Below, in pieces: positions 17,030 through 27,664 of a stretch of 64,000 nt of DNA. The notes under the pieces are model-generated. The model saw only the letters and a list, made by a program, of their open reading frames with translations, was not told where the DNA came from and ran no database searches. The stretch covers positions 160,001 through 224,000 of the forward strand of contig CAVONQ010000018.1 of NCBI GenBank assembly GCA_963697335.1. Reading direction: 5' to 3'. Numbering within the stretch: position 1 is the stretch's first letter; every line of letters starts with the position of its first letter. The position numbers and the translations under genes are program-made. This DNA comes from an uncultured cyanobacterium. Lineage in GTDB: Bacteria > Cyanobacteriota > Cyanobacteriia > PCC-6307 > Cyanobiaceae.

Positions 17030-19765
17030 TCAGGCGCTGAACCCCGCCGTGGGGTCGAGCCGCTCGCCGAGCCAGGCCACCGGCAGCATGGCCAGCATCG
17101 CCAGGCCGCACAGCAGCCATTGGCTGCCGCTCAGGGGCGCGGTGGCAAAGAAGCGGTTCATCCAGCTCCACTGGCTGAACAACAGCTGCAGCAGCAGCGC
17201 CAGGCTGATGCCGCCCACCAGCACCGGTACCCGCCGCCACTGGCGCCAGCCGCCGCGGCTCGCCTGGCTGAGGCTGATCAGATACACCACCTGGGCGAGC
17301 ACCAGGGCCTGAATCGCCATCGTGCGCGCCAGCTCCAGGCTGGCTCCAGCCTCCGACACCCGCAGAAACACCCCGAAGATCAGCAGCCAGTAAAAGGCGG
17401 ACACCAGCAGCACCCGGCGCACCAGGCGGCCGCTGAGCAGGGCTTCGCCGGGTGGCCGCGGCGGCTGGGCCATCAGGCCCGGTGGCTGGGGCTCGAAGGC
17501 CAGGGGCACCGACAGGCTGAGGGAGCACACCATGTTCAGCCACAGCACCTGCAGCGCTGTCACCGGCAGCTCCAGGCCGAGCACCGCTCCCAGCAGGATC
17601 GTCATTGAGGCGCCGCCGTTCACCGGCAGCACGAAGGCGAGCGCCTTGCGCAGGTTCAGGTACACGGCCCGGCCCTCTTCCACCGCCGCTTCGATCGTGG
17701 CGAAGTTGTCGTCGGTGAGCAGCATGTCGGCGGCTTCGCGGGCCACCTCAGTGCCGCCCTCGCCCATGGCGATGCCGATGTCGGCCTGCTTGAGGGCCGG
17801 CGCGTCGTTGACGCCATCGCCGGTCATCGCCACCACGGCGCCCCCGGCCTGGAGGGCCTGCACCAGGGCCAGCTTCTGGGCCGGGGCCACCCGGGCGAAC
17901 ACATCGGTCTCCCGCGCCAGCCGGCCCAGCTGCTCGGGGGGGCAGTCCTCCAGGGCGCGGCCCTCCACGGCCCTTACGGCGCCGCCGCGGCCCAGCCCCA
18001 GCTCCGTGGCCACCCAGCGGGCCGTGTCGCGGTGGTCGCCGGTGATCATCTTCACAGTGATGCCGGCCTGCTGGCAGGCCCGCACGGCGGCGCGGGCCTC
18101 CGGGCGCGGTGGATCCAGCATGCCTTGCAGACCCAGGAACATCAGGCCGCCGTCGCACTGCTGCGGGCGCAGCCCCCGTAGCTGGGCGCCGGCCTGCCCA
18201 GAGGCGAAGGCCAGCACCCTCTGCCCTTCGCCGGCCATGGCCCCCACGGCGGCAGCGATGGCGGCGCCATCGAGGGGCTGGGGCTGGCCCGTGGCCGAAA
18301 GCTGCCGGTCGCAGCGCGCCAGCACCGCCTCCACCGAGCCCTTCACCAGGATGCGCCCACCGCCATGCAGGGTGGCCATGAACTGGTGTTCCGAGGCGAA
18401 GGGAATCACATCGAGGCGGGGCTGGCGCTCCAGGAAGGTCCGACGATCCAGCCCGGCCACGGCGGCTGCCTGCAGCAGGGCTGTCTCGGTGGGGTCCCCC
18501 ACCAGCCCCTCGTGCTCACTGGCCCGGGCGTCGTTGCAGAGCATCCCGGCCAGCAGGGTGTCGCGCAGGGCCAGGTTGTGGCCGCTTCCCTCCAGCTGGT
18601 CGAGCGGCCAGAGCTCCCCGCCGGCGTGGATCTGCTGCACCGTCATGCGGTTCTGGGTGAGGGTGCCGGTCTTGTCTGAGCAGATCACCGTGGTGCTGCC
18701 CAGGGCCTCGACGGCCGGCAGCTTGCGGATGATGGCGTTGCGGCGGGCCATGCGGTTCACGCCGATCGCCAGGGTGATGGTGACGATCGCCGGCAGTTCC
18801 TCTGGAATGGCGCCCACGGCGAGGGCCACGGCGCCATCGAACATCTCCGCGGTGGCCCGGCCCCGGGCAAGGCCCACCAGAAAGGTGACTCCCGCCAGGG
18901 CCAGCACCAGCTGCAGCAGGGTGTGGGTGAAGCCTCGGAACTGGCGGGTGAGGGGGGTGCTGAGGCTGGTCTGGTCGGAGAGGGAGCGGGAGATGTGGCC
19001 CACCTCGGTGGCGTTGCCGGTGGCCACCACCAGGCCGCTGGCCCGGCCGGCCGTCACCAGGCTGCCGGCGTAGGCCATGCCGTGGCGCTCCGCCAGGGGC
19101 GCCCGCGGCTCCACCGGGGCCGTGGCCTTGCGCACCGGCATCGACTCACCCGTGAGCGCTGATTCATCCACCTGCAGCTGCTGCACCGTCAACAGCCGCA
19201 GGTCGGCGGGCACCTTGCTGCCGGCCTCCAGCTGCACCAGATCACCCGGCACCAGCTGTTCCGAGGCCAGGCGGGTGGGCTGGCCGCCGCGCACCACCTC
19301 GACGCTGGTGCGCACTGAGCGCGCCAGGGCCGCGATGGCCGTCTCGGCCCGGTTTTCCTGCACATCGCCGATCACGGCGTTGATCACGGTGACGCTCCAG
19401 ATCACCCAGGCCTCGCTCACCTCCCCCAGCAGCAGCTTCACGGCCCCCACCGCCAGCAGGGTGTAGAGCAGGGGATCGTGGAACTGGCCGAGGAAGCGCT
19501 GCCAGCCTGGCCTGCCCCGCCGCTGGCTCAGCTGGTTGGGTCCCCAGTTCTGCAGCCGCTGCTCCGCCTCCGGACCCCCCAGCCCCCGCACCGGGTCGCT
19601 GCCGAGGGCGTCGATCAGATCCGCCGCGGGGATGGCGTGGGCCTGTTCCAGCAGTGCGGGGGGCTGGCTTGCCGAAGGAGCAGTTGGCGGCACGGGCACG
19701 GCAATGGCAGCTTCACCAGTGAGTGCAGCTTGCCCGCTGGACCGGCAACATGGCAGCACGGCCAT
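17030..19765 (-). CDS. P-type (PII) cation-transporting ATPase; start may be a GTG near 19700
   Basis: LTGES, IPEELP, CSDKTGTLT, GDPTE, DPPR, TGD, MTGDGVNDAPALK. Confidence 0.95.
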   Translation of the reverse strand: MAVLPCCRSSGQAALTGEAAIAVPVPPTAPSASQPPALLEQAHAIPAADLIDALGSDPVRGLGGPEAEQRLQNWGPNQLSQRRGRPGWQRFLGQFHDPLLYTLLAVGAVKLLLGEVSEAWVIWSVTVINAVIGDVQENRAETAIAALARSVRTSVEVVRGGQPTRLASEQLVPGDLVQLEAGSKVPADLRLLTVQQLQVDESALTGESMPVRKATAPVEPRAPLAERHGMAYAGSLVTAGRASGLVVATGNATEVGHISRSLSDQTSLSTPLTRQFRGFTHTLLQLVLALAGVTFLVGLARGRATAEMFDGAVALAVGAIPEELPAIVTITLAIGVNRMARRNAIIRKLPAVEALGSTTVICSDKTGTLTQNRMTVQQIHAGGELWPLDQLEGSGHNLALRDTLLAGMLCNDARASEHEGLVGDPTETALLQAAAVAGLDRRTFLERQPRLDVIPFASEHQFMATLHGGGRILVKGSVEAVLARCDRQLSATGQPQPLDGAAIAAAVGAMAGEGQRVLAFASGQAGAQLRGLRPQQCDGGLMFLGLQGMLDPPRPEARAAVRACQQAGITVKMITGDHRDTARWVATELGLGRGGAVRAVEGRALEDCPPEQLGRLARETDVFARVAPAQKLALVQALQAGGAVVAMTGDGVNDAPALKQADIGIAMGEGGTEVAREAADMLLTDDNFATIEAAVEEGRAVYLNLRKALAFVLPVNGGASMTILLGAVLGLELPVTALQVLWLNMVCSLSLSVPLAFEPQPPGLMAQPPRPPGEALLSGRLVRRVLLVSAFYWLLIFGVFLRVSEAGASLELARTMAIQALVLAQVVYLISLSQASRGGWRQWRRVPVLVGGISLALLLQLLFSQWSWMNRFFATAPLSGSQWLLCGLAMLAMLPVAWLGERLDPTAGFSA

Positions 19766-19782
19766 GTTGTCCCCTGTTCCCG

Positions 19783-20712
19783 ATGACCTCCTCCCTGGTG
19801 CTTCTGGGTGACAGCCTGGTGGATACGGGCAACACCACCGCCCTGGCCAGGCTGGTGCGCCAGGATCCCTTTGCGGCGGCTCTCTACAACGGCGGCGGCA
19901 ACCGCAAGGCCTCGGATGGCCCGGTGCTGGCCGAGCAGATTGCCCTGAGGCTCGGGGCCAGGCTGGGCTCCACCACCCGTGTCAACCTGCTCAGCCTGCC
20001 GCTGCAGCGCCTGGCCGGTGGCTTCGACAGCAGCACCCAGCTCTGGAACTTTGCCTATGCCGGCGCCAGCTCCGGCCTGGCGGGCTCCCGTCGGGCCGGA
20101 CTGGCCCGCTTCCCGCTCGGGCTCGTCTCCCAGGCCCTGGTGGTGGCCGCCAATGCACCCCGCCGCGCCGATGTCGATGCGCTGATCGTGGCGGGCAGCA
20201 ACGACCTGATCGATCTGGTCGACCGCCCCGGCAGGGTGTTGCGGGTCCTGCGCACGGCCGGCCGGCGCGATGACCGGAACCTCATCCGCCAGCAGGCCCG
20301 CCGGATCGTGGCCAACACCCGCCGGGCCGTGGACACGATCAGCGGCAACCCGAGCCGGGGCGGCTTCGCCATCGATGAGGCCGTGATCCTGGGGCTGTCC
20401 CCCCTCAGCCAGACTCCCGTCGTGAGAGAGGTGGCCGCCGGGTTGCAACCGGCTCTGGGCCGGGGCCTGCGGGGGTTCGTCGACCAGACGGCCCGCCTCG
20501 TGAACCGCCAGCTCAAGCGCCGCTACAACTCCCCTCGCCGCGACGATGGCGTGGAGGTGATCGATGGCTTCCAGGTGTGGAACAGCGTGGCCAGGCCACG
20601 GTTCCTGGACGACGTGCACCCCACGGCGGCCACGGCAGGCCGGCTGGCGGATGCCGTGGTGCAGCGGATTGCCGCTTCGGCGGACCTCAGCAGCTACGGC
20701 TTTTCGGCCTGA
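19783..20712 (+). CDS. SGNH/GDSL hydrolase
   Basis: LGDSLVDTGN, SDGP, NFAYAGA, GSND, DDVHPT. Confidence 0.85.
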   Translation: MTSSLVLLGDSLVDTGNTTALARLVRQDPFAAALYNGGGNRKASDGPVLAEQIALRLGARLGSTTRVNLLSLPLQRLAGGFDSSTQLWNFAYAGASSGLAGSRRAGLARFPLGLVSQALVVAANAPRRADVDALIVAGSNDLIDLVDRPGRVLRVLRTAGRRDDRNLIRQQARRIVANTRRAVDTISGNPSRGGFAIDEAVILGLSPLSQTPVVREVAAGLQPALGRGLRGFVDQTARLVNRQLKRRYNSPRRDDGVEVIDGFQVWNSVARPRFLDDVHPTAATAGRLADAVVQRIAASADLSSYGFSA

Positions 20713-21944
20713 GGGCTCTGGGGTCTGGCGCCAGGGCGATGGACTACCCGCTGCGGGAAGGGGATTTCGATGCCGTGCTCCCGGAAGGCATGCCACACGG
20801 CTATGTTCACCTGGCTGCTGATCGAAAGGGCCCGGAGGGGGTCCTCGACCCAGAAGCGCAGGGCGTATTGAATCGCTGAGTCGCCATAGCTGAGCACCAG
20901 AGCTGCGGCGGGAGGCTCGGGCAGCACGCCGGCCACCCGGGCGGCGGTGGCCTCCAGCAGGGCGGACACCTCGGCGGGATCGTGGCGGTAGGCCGCCCCG
21001 ACCTGAACCTCGCCGCGCCGCATGCGATCACTGCCGGTGTAAGTCGTGGTGGTGGTGGTGAAGAAGGTCTGGTTGGGCACCACCAGTTCGGCGTTGTCGC
21101 GGTTACGCCACAGCACCGAGGCGCGCAGTCCCAGGCTGCGCACTTCGCAGGGGTCGCCCTCGATGAAGAGGATGTCGCCCGGCCGCACCGAACCCTCGAA
21201 CAGCAGCCACAGCCCGCTGATGAAGTTGGAGAACACCTCCTTGACGCCGAAGCCCAGACCCACCGAGAGCCCACCGGCCACGGTGAGGATCCCGGTGCGG
21301 TTCAGACCGATCTGATCCAGGGCCCAGAGGATGCCGAGAGCCACCACCGTGTAGCGGAGCACCAGGGCCAGAGCCCGTCTGCCGGAATCGCTGCTGCCGA
21401 TCAGCCGTTGCACCAGCCAGGCCCCCCCCGCGCTGGGAGGGCCTGATCCCACCAGCAGGAAGTACACCACCACCAGAGCCAGGAAGATCTGCCCCAGGGT
21501 CACCTCGCTGCCGAACCAGCTACCGAGGGGAATCAGGGCCAGGTTCTGGACGGAGCCGAACTCCTCGACCAGGATCAGCGCCGCCCCCAGCAGATAGAGC
21601 GGCCGCACCACGCCGCTGTCGAGGGTGCGCAACTGCCTGGGCGGGATGAAGCGCCTCAGGCGGTGGGGCAGCAGGGAGAGGGCAAACCAGCCGGCGCTCA
21701 GGGCCGTCAGCACCACCACCAGCTGGTGGGGCCGCCCCAGCAGAGCCAGGCCCACCACCCACAGCCCCAGCCCCCCCAGCAACGCCAGCCTGAAGGTGCT
21801 GCGGCGCTGGGGATGGGCTTGGCGCCAGCGGGTGCTCCTGCCATAGGCGACGACGGCCAGCAGCAGAGGGATCAGCTGGAACAGGACATCGGGGCGCTCC
21901 AGGTACCCCAGCCAGGCGGTGATCTGGCGCAGCAACTCGATCAT
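20694..21944 (-). CDS. MscS-family mechanosensitive channel with extra N-terminal TM helices
   Basis: GGLSVGLGFGVKEVFSNFISGLWLLFEGSVRPGD, LVVPNQ, VGAAY, YGDS, IEIPFPQR. Confidence 0.9.
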   Translation of the reverse strand: MIELLRQITAWLGYLERPDVLFQLIPLLLAVVAYGRSTRWRQAHPQRRSTFRLALLGGLGLWVVGLALLGRPHQLVVVLTALSAGWFALSLLPHRLRRFIPPRQLRTLDSGVVRPLYLLGAALILVEEFGSVQNLALIPLGSWFGSEVTLGQIFLALVVVYFLLVGSGPPSAGGAWLVQRLIGSSDSGRRALALVLRYTVVALGILWALDQIGLNRTGILTVAGGLSVGLGFGVKEVFSNFISGLWLLFEGSVRPGDILFIEGDPCEVRSLGLRASVLWRNRDNAELVVPNQTFFTTTTTTYTGSDRMRRGEVQVGAAYRHDPAEVSALLEATAARVAGVLPEPPAAALVLSYGDSAIQYALRFWVEDPLRALSISSQVNIAVWHAFREHGIEIPFPQRVVHRPGARPQSPQAEKP

Positions 21945-23260
21945 CTCGGCCTGCCTACTGGGTCGGGACGGAGCGCCTGGATCAGGGTCTCGGCGGCCTC
22001 GGAGGCATCGAGGCTGCCGTAGAGGAACTGGCTCAGGATTCTGTTCAGGCCTTTCTGCTTACCCCGCAAAGCAATCAGGCTATTGGTGAGCTCCTGGGCA
22101 GCCTCGGCCTGGTCCTGGGCTGCGAGCAGGGCGGCCAGGTTGGCCGAGCTGGCCACGGGCAAGGACACCTTGGCGCTGGCCGGAAGCTGGGCCTGGTTGC
22201 GGATGGTCAGCATTCGCTGGATGCGCGCGCTCAGCAGGAACGACAACATGGCCTCGGCGGCCTCACGTTGGCGCCCGCTGGAGTTCCGTCCCAGAGCGGC
22301 CACCCGCACCGAAGAGATCGGCGTGGGCGGTCCGGCCGGTCCCGCTGGCAGGGGGGCCAGCCCCAGGTGCTGGCCCAGATCGAGGCGCAGCGCATTCACG
22401 TCGTTGCTCTGGCAGGGGATCCAGTCGAGCTCACCGGAACGCAGACCGGCCAGCAGCTGGTTCCGGTCGTTCACCAGGGTGATTCGCTGCTGAAGATCGG
22501 CTGTGCGCAACCATCCCAGCCAGGTGCTGATCCGGGCGGTCTGCTCGGCGGAGAGGGGAGCGCCGGCCAGGGCCAGGTGGATGCTCTCGAGGGCGCCCAG
22601 GCTGCCCATCGTCCAGGCCCCATCGGCGGTGCTCAGGCTCAGGCCGAAGCGCTTGCCGCGACTGCTCTCGGCCAGCAGCTCCTGCAGCGTGGCGGGGGGG
22701 CTGGCGATGCGCCGCCGGTCGAAGCAGGCCAACTGGGGCTGCAGACTCACCGGCAGGGCGAACAACTGGCGCGGTGTGGCCTTGACGTAGGGGATCAGCT
22801 CCGGCCGCAGCTGGCTGCTGGTGGGGCTTGGGAAGGGCAGCGGGCGGATCAGGCCCTGGCTGTAGAGCCTCTCAGCGGTGCCTCCTTGCACCAGGATTAG
22901 GTCAGGGCCGAGGCCGGCGCGGGTGCGTCGCCGGATCTCCGCGACCACGTCGTCTTCCTCGAAGGCCATCTGCTCCAGGTGCACGCCTGGATGCAGCTTT
23001 TGAAAAGAGGCCTCCAGTTCATCCCCCAGCCTCCGGAACTCCCGCTGCAGCTTGGGATCCTGGAGCTCGGCCCGGTCCACGCCGAAGGCGACGTACAGGG
23101 TGGTGACCAGGGACGGTTCCGCCGCGGCGCTGGGCTGCTCGGGGCTGCTGCTGGTCCCGCAGGCGGCCAGCCCGGGCACCACCAGCAGCCCCGCCGCGCT
23201 TCTCAGCCAGCGGATCCAGCGGTGCCCAGGTCTGTGCCGGTGAGGGGGCGTTCGGTTCAC
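21941..23260 (-). CDS. Extracellular solute-binding lipoprotein (ABC sugar-binding-like fold)
   Basis: Lipobox LAAC; FQKLHPGVHL, GLGPDLILV, ALPV..QLACFDRRRI..PPATLQEL, LAPLPAGP. Confidence 0.78.
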   Translation of the reverse strand: MNRTPPHRHRPGHRWIRWLRSAAGLLVVPGLAACGTSSSPEQPSAAAEPSLVTTLYVAFGVDRAELQDPKLQREFRRLGDELEASFQKLHPGVHLEQMAFEEDDVVAEIRRRTRAGLGPDLILVQGGTAERLYSQGLIRPLPFPSPTSSQLRPELIPYVKATPRQLFALPVSLQPQLACFDRRRIASPPATLQELLAESSRGKRFGLSLSTADGAWTMGSLGALESIHLALAGAPLSAEQTARISTWLGWLRTADLQQRITLVNDRNQLLAGLRSGELDWIPCQSNDVNALRLDLGQHLGLAPLPAGPAGPPTPISSVRVAALGRNSSGRQREAAEAMLSFLLSARIQRMLTIRNQAQLPASAKVSLPVASSANLAALLAAQDQAEAAQELTNSLIALRGKQKGLNRILSQFLYGSLDASEAAETLIQALRPDPVGRPR

Positions 23261-23511
23261 TCCTCCGGGTAGAGCAGGCCATCGAGCTCCTCCGGATCCA
23301 CGTCATAGACGCGGGCCAGGGTGGTCTCGATGGCGCTGGTCACCACGTCGGGCAGGAAGCGCATCGCATTGATCGCATCGTCGGCGATGTCGTCGGTGAG
23401 CAGGGGGTCACCGCCCAGCTTCTCGTCGTTGATCACGGCCATCACCCAGCTTTGATAGGCGGTGACCAGATCGGCGAACTCGAGCTCCGGGTCGTTCAGA
23501 TCCAGGGCCAT
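23257..23511 (-). CDS. Conserved acidic picocyanobacterial hypothetical protein
   Basis: 84 aa MALDLNDPELEFADLVTAYQSWVMAVINDEKL...; GTGA overlap with the SBP start. Confidence 0.75.
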   Translation of the reverse strand: MALDLNDPELEFADLVTAYQSWVMAVINDEKLGGDPLLTDDIADDAINAMRFLPDVVTSAIETTLARVYDVDPEELDGLLYPEE

Positions 23512-23558
23512 TGGGCGTCTCCAGGGACGTTGCCTCTGCAGTTTGCCCACTGGAGAGG

Positions 23559-24089
23559 ATGGCGCAGCCCTTGTTCCCGGTTGTCCTGACCGTGACCATG
23601 CCCGAGCTGCCCTCCCAGACCCCCTGCCAACCCACCCCTGCAGCGGTGCAGGGCCGGCTTGCCGAGTTCGCCATCGGCGAGCTGGTGCGCCAGCACCGCA
23701 GCAGCTTTGCGCCGCTCTGGAGCACTGAGAGCTGGGTGAAACTGCTGATCTGGCTGGCGCTCAACTGTGGCTGCAGTGGCGACGAGGCCGGGCTGCGGGC
23801 CTTTCGGGCCTGCCTTGATTCGGCCCTGAGCCGCCGCCTGCGGCAGCAGTTCTTCACGCGGGAGCTGGAGGAGCTCCAGCTGCAGGTGGTGGCCGATCCC
23901 GCCGAGGCCGCGGCGCTGGTGCTGCCCCTGGCCCCCGGCGGTGTTCCCCTTGATCTGGAGCAAGCGGCGGCGGCCGTGGCCGCTGCGGGCCTGGAGGCCC
24001 AGCTGGTGGCCGACCGCGGGCGCTGGAGCAGCCTGGAGGGCGCGGTGGCCATTCCCTGGCAGCTGCCGCCGCTCGCCGCCACGCCATGA
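23559..24089 (+). CDS. Conserved picocyanobacterial hypothetical protein
   Basis: ELVRQHRSSFAPLWSTESWVKLLIWLALNCGC..RLRQQFFTREL; ATGA overlap with the next gene. Confidence 0.7.
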   Translation: MAQPLFPVVLTVTMPELPSQTPCQPTPAAVQGRLAEFAIGELVRQHRSSFAPLWSTESWVKLLIWLALNCGCSGDEAGLRAFRACLDSALSRRLRQQFFTRELEELQLQVVADPAEAAALVLPLAPGGVPLDLEQAAAAVAAAGLEAQLVADRGRWSSLEGAVAIPWQLPPLAATP

Positions 24090-24718
24090 CCCTGATCGCC
24101 ACCTACAGCAATCCCGGCTACAGCGCCCTGGCCGCTGCGGTGATGGCCTTCTTCGAGCGCCGCAGCGACCTGCAGCGACCGGGGGTGGCCTTCGGGCCGG
24201 AGGCGGGCCCCGGTGCTGCACCCGCCAAGGTGTCCACCGACATCAGCCTGGTGGCGATCGACCGCAGTGATCCGGAGGCCTTCGCCCTGGCCGAGGTCAT
24301 CCTGCGGGGGGTGACGGCCGGCCTCAACCACTACCTCAGCGAGCGCCCGCTGCTGCGCCAGTGCTGCCCGGAGCAGGCCCTGTTCGTGAACCCGATCTTC
24401 AACCTGCAGCGCTATGCCCCCGGCGAGGCCTTCCACGCCTGGCACTGCGACTGGACGCTCAGCGACGAGGACACCGAGCCGAACCGCCGCGTGCTGGCCT
24501 GGATTCTCTACTGCAACAGCCTGCCGCAGGGGGGCACCGAGTTCCACTGGCAGGGCCACCACGAGGAGGCCGAAGCGGGCAAGCTGCTCCTCTTTCCCGC
24601 CGGCCTCTCCCACATCCACCGGGGCCGGGTGAGCCACGAGCACAGCAAGACGATCGCCACCGGCTGGATCAACGCCGGCACCCTGGAGGCCTATGTGGCT
24701 CGTCTGGCCGCGAAGTGA
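24086..24718 (+). CDS. 2OG-Fe(II) oxygenase
   Basis: NLQRYAPGEAFHAWHCD, RVLAWILYCN, GGTEF, FPAGLSHIHRG, KTIATGW. Confidence 0.88.
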   Translation: MTLIATYSNPGYSALAAAVMAFFERRSDLQRPGVAFGPEAGPGAAPAKVSTDISLVAIDRSDPEAFALAEVILRGVTAGLNHYLSERPLLRQCCPEQALFVNPIFNLQRYAPGEAFHAWHCDWTLSDEDTEPNRRVLAWILYCNSLPQGGTEFHWQGHHEEAEAGKLLLFPAGLSHIHRGRVSHEHSKTIATGWINAGTLEAYVARLAAK

Positions 24719-24774
24719 CGCGGATGGCCGATCCTTGCTTTGAGACCATGGGTCTCCGCCGGTGATCCACCTCC

Positions 24775-27633
24775 ATGGCCGAGGCCACCCCCGCTCCTGA
24801 CGGCGCCCTGCCGAAGACCTACGACCCGGCCAGCACCGAAGCCCGCTGGCAGGCCGCCTGGGAAGAAGCCGGCGCCTTCCATCCCGATCCGGAGGCCCCC
24901 GGTGAGCCGTTCTCCGTGGTGATCCCGCCGCCAAACGTGACCGGCAGCCTGCACATGGGCCACGGCTTCGAGACGGCCCTGATCGACACGATCGTGCGCT
25001 TCCAGCGCCTGCAGGGCAGAAACGTGCTCTGCCTCCCTGGTACCGACCACGCCTCGATCGCGGTCCAGTCGATCCTGGAGAAGCAGATCAAGGCCGAGGG
25101 CGGCAGCAAGGACGACCTCGGCCGCGACGCCTTCCTGGAGCGGGCCTGGGCCTGGAAGGCCGAGAGCGGCGGCACGATCGTGGGCCAGCTGCGCCGCCTC
25201 GGCTACTCGGTGGACTGGAGCCGCGAGCGCTTCACCCTCGATCCCGGCCTGAACAAGGCCGTGGTGGAGGCCTTCGTGCGCCTGCACGAGCAGGGCCTGA
25301 TCTACCGGGGCGAGTACCTGGTGAACTGGTGCCCGGCCTCGGGATCGGCGGTGAGCGATCTCGAGGTGGAGATGAAGGAGCTCGACGGCCACCTCTGGCA
25401 CTTCCGCTATCCCCTCAGCGACAGCGAGGGTGGCGGTGAGGACTCCGTGGCTGGCGGCCTCGCCCACCTGGTGGTGGCCACCACCCGCCCTGAAACCCTG
25501 CTGGGCGACACCGGCGTGGCCGTGCACCCCGACGACCCCCGTTACGCCGCCCTGGTGGGGCGCACGCTCACCCTGCCCCTGGTGGGCCGTCAGATCCCGA
25601 TCGTGGCCGATGAGCACGTCGATCCGGCCTTCGGCACGGGCTGCGTCAAAGTGACCCCTGCCCACGACCCCAACGACTTCGCGATCGGCGCCCGCCACGG
25701 CCTGCCGCTGATCACGGTGATGGCCAAGGACGGCAGCATGAACGCCCAGGCGGGCCGCTTCGCCGGGCTGGATCGCTTCGAGGCGCGCAAAGCAGTGGTG
25801 GCGGCGATGGAGGCTGAAGGCTTCCTGGTGAAGGTGGAACCCCACCGCCACAGCGTGCCCTTTTCCGATCGCGGCAAGGTGCCGGTGGAGCCCCTGCTCT
25901 CCACCCAGTGGTTCGCCAGAGCCGAACCGCTGGCCGCCCGCTGCCGCCAGGCCCTCGATGGCGGCGAACCCCGCTTCGTGCCGCAGCGCTGGGAGAAGGT
26001 GTATCGCGACTGGCTCACGGACATCCGCGACTGGTGCATCAGCCGCCAGCTCTGGTGGGGCCACCGCATCCCCGCCTGGTTCGTGGTGAGTGAAACCAGC
26101 GGGGTGATCACTGAGGCCACGCCCTATGTGGTGGCCCGCGATGACGCCGAGGCGCGCCGCAAAGCCGAGGAACAGTTCGGTGAGGCATCCCGCTCCGCCG
26201 GGCGGGAGCTGCAGCTGGAGCAGGACCCCGACGTGCTCGACACCTGGTTTTCCAGCGGCCTCTGGCCCTTCTCCACCCTGGGCTGGCCTGATGAGACCGC
26301 CGCCGATCTGGCCACCTGGTATCCCACCAGCGTGCTGGTGACCGGCTTCGACATCATCTTTTTCTGGGTGGCGCGGATGACGATGCTGGCCGGCGCCTTC
26401 ACCGGCCGCATGCCCTTCGCCGACGTGATGATCCACGGCCTGGTGCGGGATGAGAACAACCGCAAGATGAGCAAATCAGCGGGCAATGGCATCGACCCCC
26501 TGCCCCTGATCGAGCGCTATGGCGCCGATGCCCTGCGCTTCGCCCTGGTGCGCGAGGTGGCCGGCGCCGGCCAGGACATCCGCCTCGACTACGACCGCGC
26601 CAGTGGCAGCTCGGCCACGGTGGAGGGGGCCCGTAATTTCGCCAACAAGCTCTGGAACGCCACCCGTTTCGCGCTGCTCAACCTGGGTGGTGAAACGCCG
26701 GCGAGCCTGGGCGAGCCCGACCCCTCAAGCCTCACCCTGGCCGACCGCTGGATCCTCTCCCGCCTGGCAAGGGTGAACCTCGAAACCGCTGAGCGCTACG
26801 GCAGCTACGGCCTGGGTGAGGCGGCCAAGGGGCTCTACGAGTTCGCCTGGAATGAGGTGTGCGACTGGACGATCGAGCTGCTCAAGCGCCGCCTCAATCC
26901 CTGGCCCGCCGTTGAAGGGGAGCCCCTCAGCGCCGAGGTTCTGGCCGATCAGCGGGTTGCCCGCCAGGTGCTTGCCAAGGTGCTCGCGGAGCTGCTGGTG
27001 CTGCTGCACCCCCTGATGCCGCACCTGAGCGAAGAGCTCTGGCACGGGGTCACCGGCGAGGCAGAGGGCACCTTCCTCGCCCTGCAGCCCTGGCCGGCCG
27101 TGAACGAAGCCGCGCTGGATGATGCCCTCGAAGCCCAGTTCGCCGAGCTGATCGAGGCGATCCGGGTGGTGCGCAACCTGCGCGCCGTGGCCGGCCTCAA
27201 ACCGTCGCAGAGTGCCTCGGTGGTGTTTCTCACCGGCCGGCCGGAGCTGGCGGCAGTGCTGCACCAGGCCACGGCCGACATCACCGCCCTGACCCGCGCT
27301 GCCTCTGTTGAGGTGCGCGATCCCGGCGGCGCCGCAGGCGATTCAGCCGAAGCCCAGGCAGCGGGGCCCCAGCGCTGCCTGGCGGCGGTGAGCGGTGAAC
27401 TGCAGGTGCTGTTGCCAATCGAGGGCCTGGTGGACCTGGCTGCCCTGCGCGGCCGCCTGGAGAAGGACATCGCCAAGGCCGAGAAGGAGATCAAGGGTCT
27501 GGCCGGTCGCCTCGCCAACCCCAATTTCGAGGGCAAGGCGCCGCCTGAGGTGGTGGCCGAGTGCCGCGCCAACCTGGCCGAAGCTGAAGCCCAGGCGGCG
27601 CTGGCGCGGGGACGGCTGGAGGGGTTGGACTGA
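24775..27633 (+). CDS. valS: Valine--tRNA ligase
   Basis: [34 protein letters not shown]-terminal coiled coil. Confidence 0.98.
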   Translation: MAEATPAPDGALPKTYDPASTEARWQAAWEEAGAFHPDPEAPGEPFSVVIPPPNVTGSLHMGHGFETALIDTIVRFQRLQGRNVLCLPGTDHASIAVQSILEKQIKAEGGSKDDLGRDAFLERAWAWKAESGGTIVGQLRRLGYSVDWSRERFTLDPGLNKAVVEAFVRLHEQGLIYRGEYLVNWCPASGSAVSDLEVEMKELDGHLWHFRYPLSDSEGGGEDSVAGGLAHLVVATTRPETLLGDTGVAVHPDDPRYAALVGRTLTLPLVGRQIPIVADEHVDPAFGTGCVKVTPAHDPNDFAIGARHGLPLITVMAKDGSMNAQAGRFAGLDRFEARKAVVAAMEAEGFLVKVEPHRHSVPFSDRGKVPVEPLLSTQWFARAEPLAARCRQALDGGEPRFVPQRWEKVYRDWLTDIRDWCISRQLWWGHRIPAWFVVSETSGVITEATPYVVARDDAEARRKAEEQFGEASRSAGRELQLEQDPDVLDTWFSSGLWPFSTLGWPDETAADLATWYPTSVLVTGFDIIFFWVARMTMLAGAFTGRMPFADVMIHGLVRDENNRKMSKSAGNGIDPLPLIERYGADALRFALVREVAGAGQDIRLDYDRASGSSATVEGARNFANKLWNATRFALLNLGGETPASLGEPDPSSLTLADRWILSRLARVNLETAERYGSYGLGEAAKGLYEFAWNEVCDWTIELLKRRLNPWPAVEGEPLSAEVLADQRVARQVLAKVLAELLVLLHPLMPHLSEELWHGVTGEAEGTFLALQPWPAVNEAALDDALEAQFAELIEAIRVVRNLRAVAGLKPSQSASVVFLTGRPELAAVLHQATADITALTRAASVEVRDPGGAAGDSAEAQAAGPQRCLAAVSGELQVLLPIEGLVDLAALRGRLEKDIAKAEKEIKGLAGRLANPNFEGKAPPEVVAECRANLAEAEAQAALARGRLEGLD

Positions 27634-27664
27634 CCACCGGACGTCTCTGGATTGGTCGAAGGCC

